NCBI RefSeq assembly: GCF_001194135.2
Contig: NC_068982.1
Span: forward strand, 135,076,827-135,117,380
From: Octopus bimaculoides
Taxonomy: Eukaryota
DNA length: 40,554 bases
Direction of reading: 5' to 3'
The first letter of the stretch is position 1; each line of letters opens with the position of its first letter. The notes beneath the pieces are model-generated. The model did not search any database, was not told the DNA's origin, and saw only the letters and a list, made by a program, of their open reading frames with translations. This document shows positions 35,400 to 40,554 of the stretch, in pieces. The position numbers and the translations under genes were made by a program.

Positions 35400-37156
35400 G
35401 TTTCAACTTTTGCCACAGGGGCAGCAATTTTGGGGGGAGGGGATGAGTTGATTACATCGACCCCCAGCGTTCAACTGGTACTTATTTTATCGACCTTGAA
35501 AGGATAAAAGGCAAAGTCGACCCTGGTGGAATTTGAACTCAGAATGCAGCGACAGGTGAAATACTGCTAAGTATTTTGTCCAGCGTGCTAACGATTCCAC
35601 CAGCTCACCGCCTGAATAATGATCCTTTCTACCATTGGCACAAGGCCTGAAATTTTGGGGGAGGGCCCAGTCGATTAGATTGACCCCAGTATGCAACTGG
35701 TACTTATTTTATTGACCCTAGCGGAATTTGAACTCAGACTGTAAAGATGGACGAAATACCACTAAGCAATTCATCCAGTATACAACCATTCTGTCAGCTC
35801 ACCACCTTAATGATAATAATAATAATAATCCTTTCTACTATAAGCACAATGCCTGAAATTTGGGCAGAGGGGCCAATCAATTACATTGATCCCAGTGTTC
35901 AACTGGCACTGATTTCATTGACCCTGAAAGAATGAAAGGCAAAGTTGACCCCAGTGGAATTTGAACTCAGAACAGAGATGGACAAAATGCCGCTAAGTAT
36001 TTTTGTCCAACATGCTAATGATTCTGCCAGTTTACTGCCTTAATAATCCTTTCTATTATAGGCACAAGACTTGAAATTTTGGGGGACAAGGGTCATCAAT
36101 TTCATTGATCCCCAATGCTTGATCCCTGAAAGGATGAAAGCAAAGTCAACCTTGGTGGAATTTGGACCGTAATGCTGCTAAGTATTATGCTCTGCATGTT
36201 AATGATTCTGTTAGCTCACTGACTTGCTTACTGCCTTAATGAAGATTTCAAATTTTGGCACAAGGCCAGCAATAGTGGGAGAAGTTGTAAGTCGATTACA
36301 TCAACCCCAGAGCATAACTGGTACTTATTTTACTGACCCTGAAAGGATGAAAGGCAAAGTCAACCTGAGCAGAATTTGAACTCAGAACATAAAGACAAAC
36401 AAAATGCTGCTTAGCATTTTGCCCTGCATGCTAACGATTCTGTCAGTTCATTGCCTTAATAATAATAATTAGGCACAAGACCAGTAAATTTAATGGGATG
36501 GGTTAGCCGATATCTTCATCTCCAGCATTTGATTAACCCTAGGGATGTAGGGATTGAAAGCAAAGTTGATCTTGGTGGAATTTGAACTTAGAATGTAAAG
36601 AGTTGGAACAAATACTGCAATACTGCAAGTTGTTTCATCTGATGCTCTAACAATTCTCCCAGTTCACTGCCTCTGGTTTCTGATTGATGCACAAGGCCAG
36701 CAATTTTGAGGAGCAGGGAGAGGGGACACTTGGTAGTCTAAGCCCCAGTACTTGACCGGTGCATTATTTCATTGACCCTGGGAGGATGAAAACCAATGTT
36801 GACGTTGGCAGGATTTGAACTCAGAATGTATTGGAAGAAATCCACAGAGTATTTTTTTTCTTTTTTCTTGGTGTTCTAATGACTGCCAGTTTGCTGCCTT
36901 CAATAACAATGGAAAACAAAAAACAAAAATAATAATAATAATGGTTTCAGATTTTGGCACAAGGCCAGAAATTTTGGGAGAGGGGCAAGTTGATTGTAAG
37001 GAACCCCCAGTACACAACAGGTACTTATTTCATTGACCCCCAAAATGATGAAAAACAAAGTTGACCTCAGCAGAATTTGAACTCAGAACGTAAAGACAGA
37101 AGAAATGCTGTTAAGCAATTTATATGGTGTGCTAACAATTCTGTCAGCTCACTGCC
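35183..37156 (-). repeat. Array of nine head-to-tail family B SINEs, mostly separated by (TAA)n, CpG-decayed
   Basis: Copies start at about 35183, 35399, 35622, 35828, 36047, 36245, 36471, 36675 and 36943; each has a GCAYRAG-like tail motif and most have an AATTTGAACTCAGA-like core. Confidence 0.88.
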
Positions 37157-37314
37157 ATAATAATAATAATAATAATAATAATAGTAATGATATCTACAGC
37201 AGTAAAATATATGTATTGATTGTTTGAACCTATCAATCTGCAAGTGTGGTATAAAAACAAAAAACTGTCAACAGTCAAATCACTTTTGTCTTCCATGAAT
37301 GTAAACTTTGATAT

Positions 37315-37348
<34 letters not shown>

Positions 37349-37813
37349 ATGCAAGGAATTAAGCTGCATAAATTAATTTAGGTGAGCAAACAGTTTGAAA
37401 GTCTGTCAACCAGATTATATATTTGTCATCCCCATCCCCTATCCCTCACACACCCCTTTCATTTTGGTCCGGAAGTTTCATTCTTGATAAATATATACAG
37501 ACAGAGTTTGCCATTTATTCCAGAACAAAACAAACTTGTTCATCCTAGCCATGTTTACAACCCATTTTGTTTTCCATTTTTTTAATCTTATTTTAGAAGA
37601 GAAAAAATATATATATATGTGTATATATAAATATATATCTATCATTAGAAGTCTTGGCCCCCTTATTGTAACACAGACATTATCCCAACATACCCAGAAG
37701 TTCTAAACAATGTTGATAGAACTTAATAAGTTAACAAACTAGTTTGAAAAATAAAAATAAAAATAAATACAAAATCAACTACATATAACAATCATACATC
37801 ACAATACATATAT

Positions 37814-37886
<73 letters not shown>

Positions 37887-38124
37887 TGCATATATGTTTC
37901 ATTAGATGGTACCAAATTTCCTAGGAGCACAACAGATGTAGTTTCTATTTCAAGGCAGCTTTATTCACACATGGATACCATTTTCTTTGCAGTACTCGCC
38001 ACAACATGTGCACTAAGTTCACAGCAGTCAAGGCACAACACTCAACACCTCCACTGCTACTAAGAGAGTCCTTTTGAGTTCGCTGATGATGTAGACCTTC
38101 CAAAGTAGGTACTTGAAGGCTTCA

Positions 38125-38237
38125 TCATAAAGTCTCAGCGAAATACTGAATTTTGGGGTCTTCCAACTCCTTCTTGCATTGGATCAGCTTCAATTCCATA
38201 TTTGCTGCTGAGTCTGAACGCCCCTGTGCGGTTTTAG
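38125..38237 (-). CDS. Candidate terminal coding exon of an unidentified host gene: (x)KTAQGRSDSAANMELKLIQCKKELEDPKIQYFAETL*
   Basis: Acceptor TCTGTTCTTTTTCAG| at 38238; only one frame open; tandem TGATGA stop; AATAAA (minus) at 37960-37965 followed by GT-rich sequence; no TE motif recognised; protein not recognised. Confidence 0.5.
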
Positions 38238-38296
38238 CTGAAAAAGAACAGATGACGATATCAACAATAATAATAATAATAATAATAATGATGATG

Positions 38297-38765
38297 ATTT
38301 CAAATTTTGGCACAATGCCAGGAATTTCAGGGAAGTGGGTAAGTTGATTACATCAACCCCAGCACTCAACTGGTATTTATTTTATTGACCCCAAAAGGGT
38401 AGATGAAAGGCAAAGTTGAGCTCAGTAGAATTTGAACTCAGATGAGGGCAGCGAGCTGGCAGAAACGTTAGCACGACAGGTGAAATGCTTAGCGGTATTT
38501 CATCTGCCGTTACATTCTGAGTTCAAATTCCATTGAGGTCGACTTTGCCTTTCATCCTTTCGGGGATGATAAATTAAGTACCAGTTATGCACTGGAGTTG
38601 ATGTAATCGACTTAATCCCTTTGTCTGTCCTTGTTTGTCCTCTCTATGTTTAACCCCTTGTGGGCAGTAAAGAAATAAGAATTTGAACTCAGAACGTAAA
38701 GATACATGAAATGGCACTAAGTACTTCACCTGGTGCAGTAATGATTTTGCCAGCTTCGCTACCTT
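38297..38765 (-). mobile_element. Old family B SINE (minus) split by a younger type-2 family B SINE (plus, 38447-38677)
   Basis: 16-bp TSD AGAATTTGAACTCAGA at 38427-38442 and 38678-38693. Confidence 0.9.
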
Positions 38766-38802
38766 TAAATTATAATATTAACAGCAACAACAATATAAAC
38801 AT

Positions 38803-38944
38803 CATCCTGAGGCTGTAACTGAGGTAAAACATATAACATTTCTTTAGGACTTCCTTGTACATGCAAACAGAACCATTAAAGGTAATAAACCAGATATTGT
38901 TGAAAAAAACCAAAATAATAAAGTCTGTTTATTGGATGATATGA
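38803..38944 (+). mobile_element. R4/Dong-type RLE fragment
   Basis: HHPEAVTEVKHITFL*DFLVHANRTIKGNKPDIVEKNQNNKVCLLDDMS, like HEP..V.E....ILWDF.I.TDR.I..N.PDIV......CLLIDM. Confidence 0.8.
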
Positions 38945-39221
38945 GTAAAAAGCACCATCCGAATGTGGTTGATGCTAGTGCCTCCCGACTGGCTCCCATG
39001 CTGGTGACACGTAAAAAGCACCATCCAAATGTGGTCAATGACAGTGCTTCTCCAACTGGCTCCCGTACTGGTGGCATATAAAAAGCACCATCTGAATGAG
39101 GTCGATGCCAGTGCATCCCGACTGGCTCTCATGCCGGTGACACGTAAAAAGCACCATCCAAATGTAATCAATAACAGTTCCCCTCCGACTGGCTTCCATG
39201 CCGGTGGCATGTAAAAAGCAC
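38945..39221. repeat. Tandem repeat with alternating 66/67-bp units (4 full units and a partial)
   Basis: RTAAAAAGCACCATC starts at 38945, 39011, 39078 and 39144; a partial unit GTAAAAAGCAC starts at 39211. Confidence 0.9.
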
Positions 39222-39595
39222 TGTAGTGACGTCATATTGGCACCAAAAGGCAGGCGCCATTACTGAATCCTTAACCATGCATGCGTGGGTTTCAACATCG
39301 AAGCGTTCCCGCTATTATTCGGTCTCTTACCAAGGCAGACAGCGACCAAGCAAGACGTCTAAGCAAGCTCTCCCATTTGAGTGTGGTTGAACCAAGTTGT
39401 CTCTATAACGACACCAGCACGAAGAACCGTACATCTACATTTCAGGCTACTCTAAAACCAGACAATTAGAAGCTGTTTACCTTTTCCACCGAACAATAAA
39501 TATTTGTTGTTGTTGATCAGTTTGGAGTTTCTGCATTCGGTTCTCTTCCAATTTAATGTAGGAGAGTTAGGTGTATATCTAAAGATATATAACCC
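39222..39595 (+). mobile_element. Probable 5' LTR of an LTR retrotransposon
   Basis: Starts TGTAGTG exactly where it truncates a tandem unit; AATAAA at about 39496; gag remnant downstream after the N gap; no PBS seen. Confidence 0.5.
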
Positions 39596-40249
39596 NNNNN
39601 NNNNNNNNNNNNNNNNNNNNNNNNNNNNNNNNNNNNNNNNNNNNNNNNNNNNNNNNNNNNNNNNNNNNNNNNNNNNNNNNNNNNNNNNNNNNNNNNNNNN
39701 NNNNNNNNNNNNNNNNNNNNNNNNNNNNNNNNNNNNNNNNNNNNNNNNNNNNNNNNNNNNNNNNNNNNNNNNNNNNNNNNNNNNNNNNNNNNNNNNNNNN
39801 NNNNNNNNNNNNNNNNNNNNNNNNNNNNNNNNNNNNNNNNNNNNNNNNNNNNNNNNNNNNNNNNNNNNNNNNNNNNNNNNNNNNNNNNNNNNNNNNNNNN
39901 NNNNNNNNNNNNNNNNNNNNTTTCCCCGCAGACAGTACAAGCACACAACTAAACACACTACAAAAAAAAAAAAAAATACAGAAGGCAACCACATTTTTTG
40001 TTTTTTTTTAGCGTATATTTCTTTTTCTTCTTTCCTTTTCCATTTTGTTCTTATTGTGCACATACATTACAGAAGAAAACAAAAGGGTACAGAAAAAAAT
40101 AGTGTGTTTCCTTTCCCATTTGCTGCGAAATTTTTTTTTTGGCCTTTTGCATATTTTATACGTTTGTTGTTATTGTTTCTTCCTATTTTACCTTTGACGG
40201 AATCATTACCAATATGTGTGCGTTGCCAAGCCTGCTTTCATTCGCCGGA

Positions 40250-40554
40250 GAGACTCGACTTGTTTCAAATTGCTCTGAGTCCTCCATGGACACACCGCGT
40301 ACAGTTTCCGCAGATCCTGCAAGGCAGTTCTCTTCAGTGACCAATGAGGATTTGCTACGTAGCATTCAGGAGCTCACTCGCACCGTAAATAACCTCTGTT
40401 TCTCGAGATCTCGTGGCGATTCCCAATCTCGTAGCGTTTCCCGGTCTCGAAAATTTTCTCGAGATCGGGAGCTACCTGGAAGAAGCAAGGTCTGTGTTGG
40501 TACCATACAAACTTTTCGAACAAGGCGACAAAGTGTATTCAGCCTTGTTCGTTC
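40250..40554 (+). pseudogene. gag: Ty3/Gypsy gag C-terminal remnant (continues beyond window)
   Basis: MDTPRTVSA...DLLRSIQELTRTVNNL..SRSRGDSQSRSVSRSR then, after a frameshift, LCWYHTNFSNKATKCIQPCSF, like the CWYH..FG..A..C..PC finger of Gypsy Gag. Confidence 0.78.

Noticed and set aside
38848-38882. Apparent micro-exon TTTCTTTAG|GACTTC...AAAG|GTAATA
   Set aside because: It lies within a continuous R4/Dong RLE reading frame (the TAG replaces the W of ILWDF).
35183-39221. CRISPR-like regularity of the SINE array and the 66/67-bp repeat
   Set aside because: Eukaryotic context, no short identical repeats with unique spacers, and no cas genes.
40440-40471. Near-palindrome TCCCGGTCTCGAAAA/TTTTCTCGAGATCGGGA
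   Set aside because: An expected by-product of Ser/Arg codon repeats in the gag remnant.

Overview
Eukaryotic, AT-rich genomic DNA saturated with microsatellites and retroelements, with several N gaps. The SINE families look cephalopod/octopus-like to me (recall, not a database result). There is no intact multi-exon gene, true tRNA gene or CRISPR array. Most long ORFs in the track are translated microsatellites or N runs. Supported content: (1) at least four tRNA-headed SINE families, about 30 copies, including a nine-copy head-to-tail array at 35.2-37.2 kb; (2) a near-full-length but dead R4/Dong-type (RT + restriction-like endonuclease) non-LTR element at 15.2-18.5 kb plus several other R4/Dong fragments, mostly in (TAA)n; (3) a CR1-type LINE 3' end whose tail matches one SINE family; (4) an internally deleted mariner with both TIRs and a TA TSD; (5) a Ty3/Gypsy LTR and gag remnant running off the right end; (6) a candidate terminal host exon on the minus strand (38125-38237) next to a strongly CpG-decayed domain. 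The most unusual object is a 355-bp TSD-flanked insertion (9426-9780). It joins a Pol III tRNA-like head to a Penelope-type minimal hammerhead ribozyme motif (core mutated in this copy) and carries an inverted, internally deleted copy of itself head-to-head.
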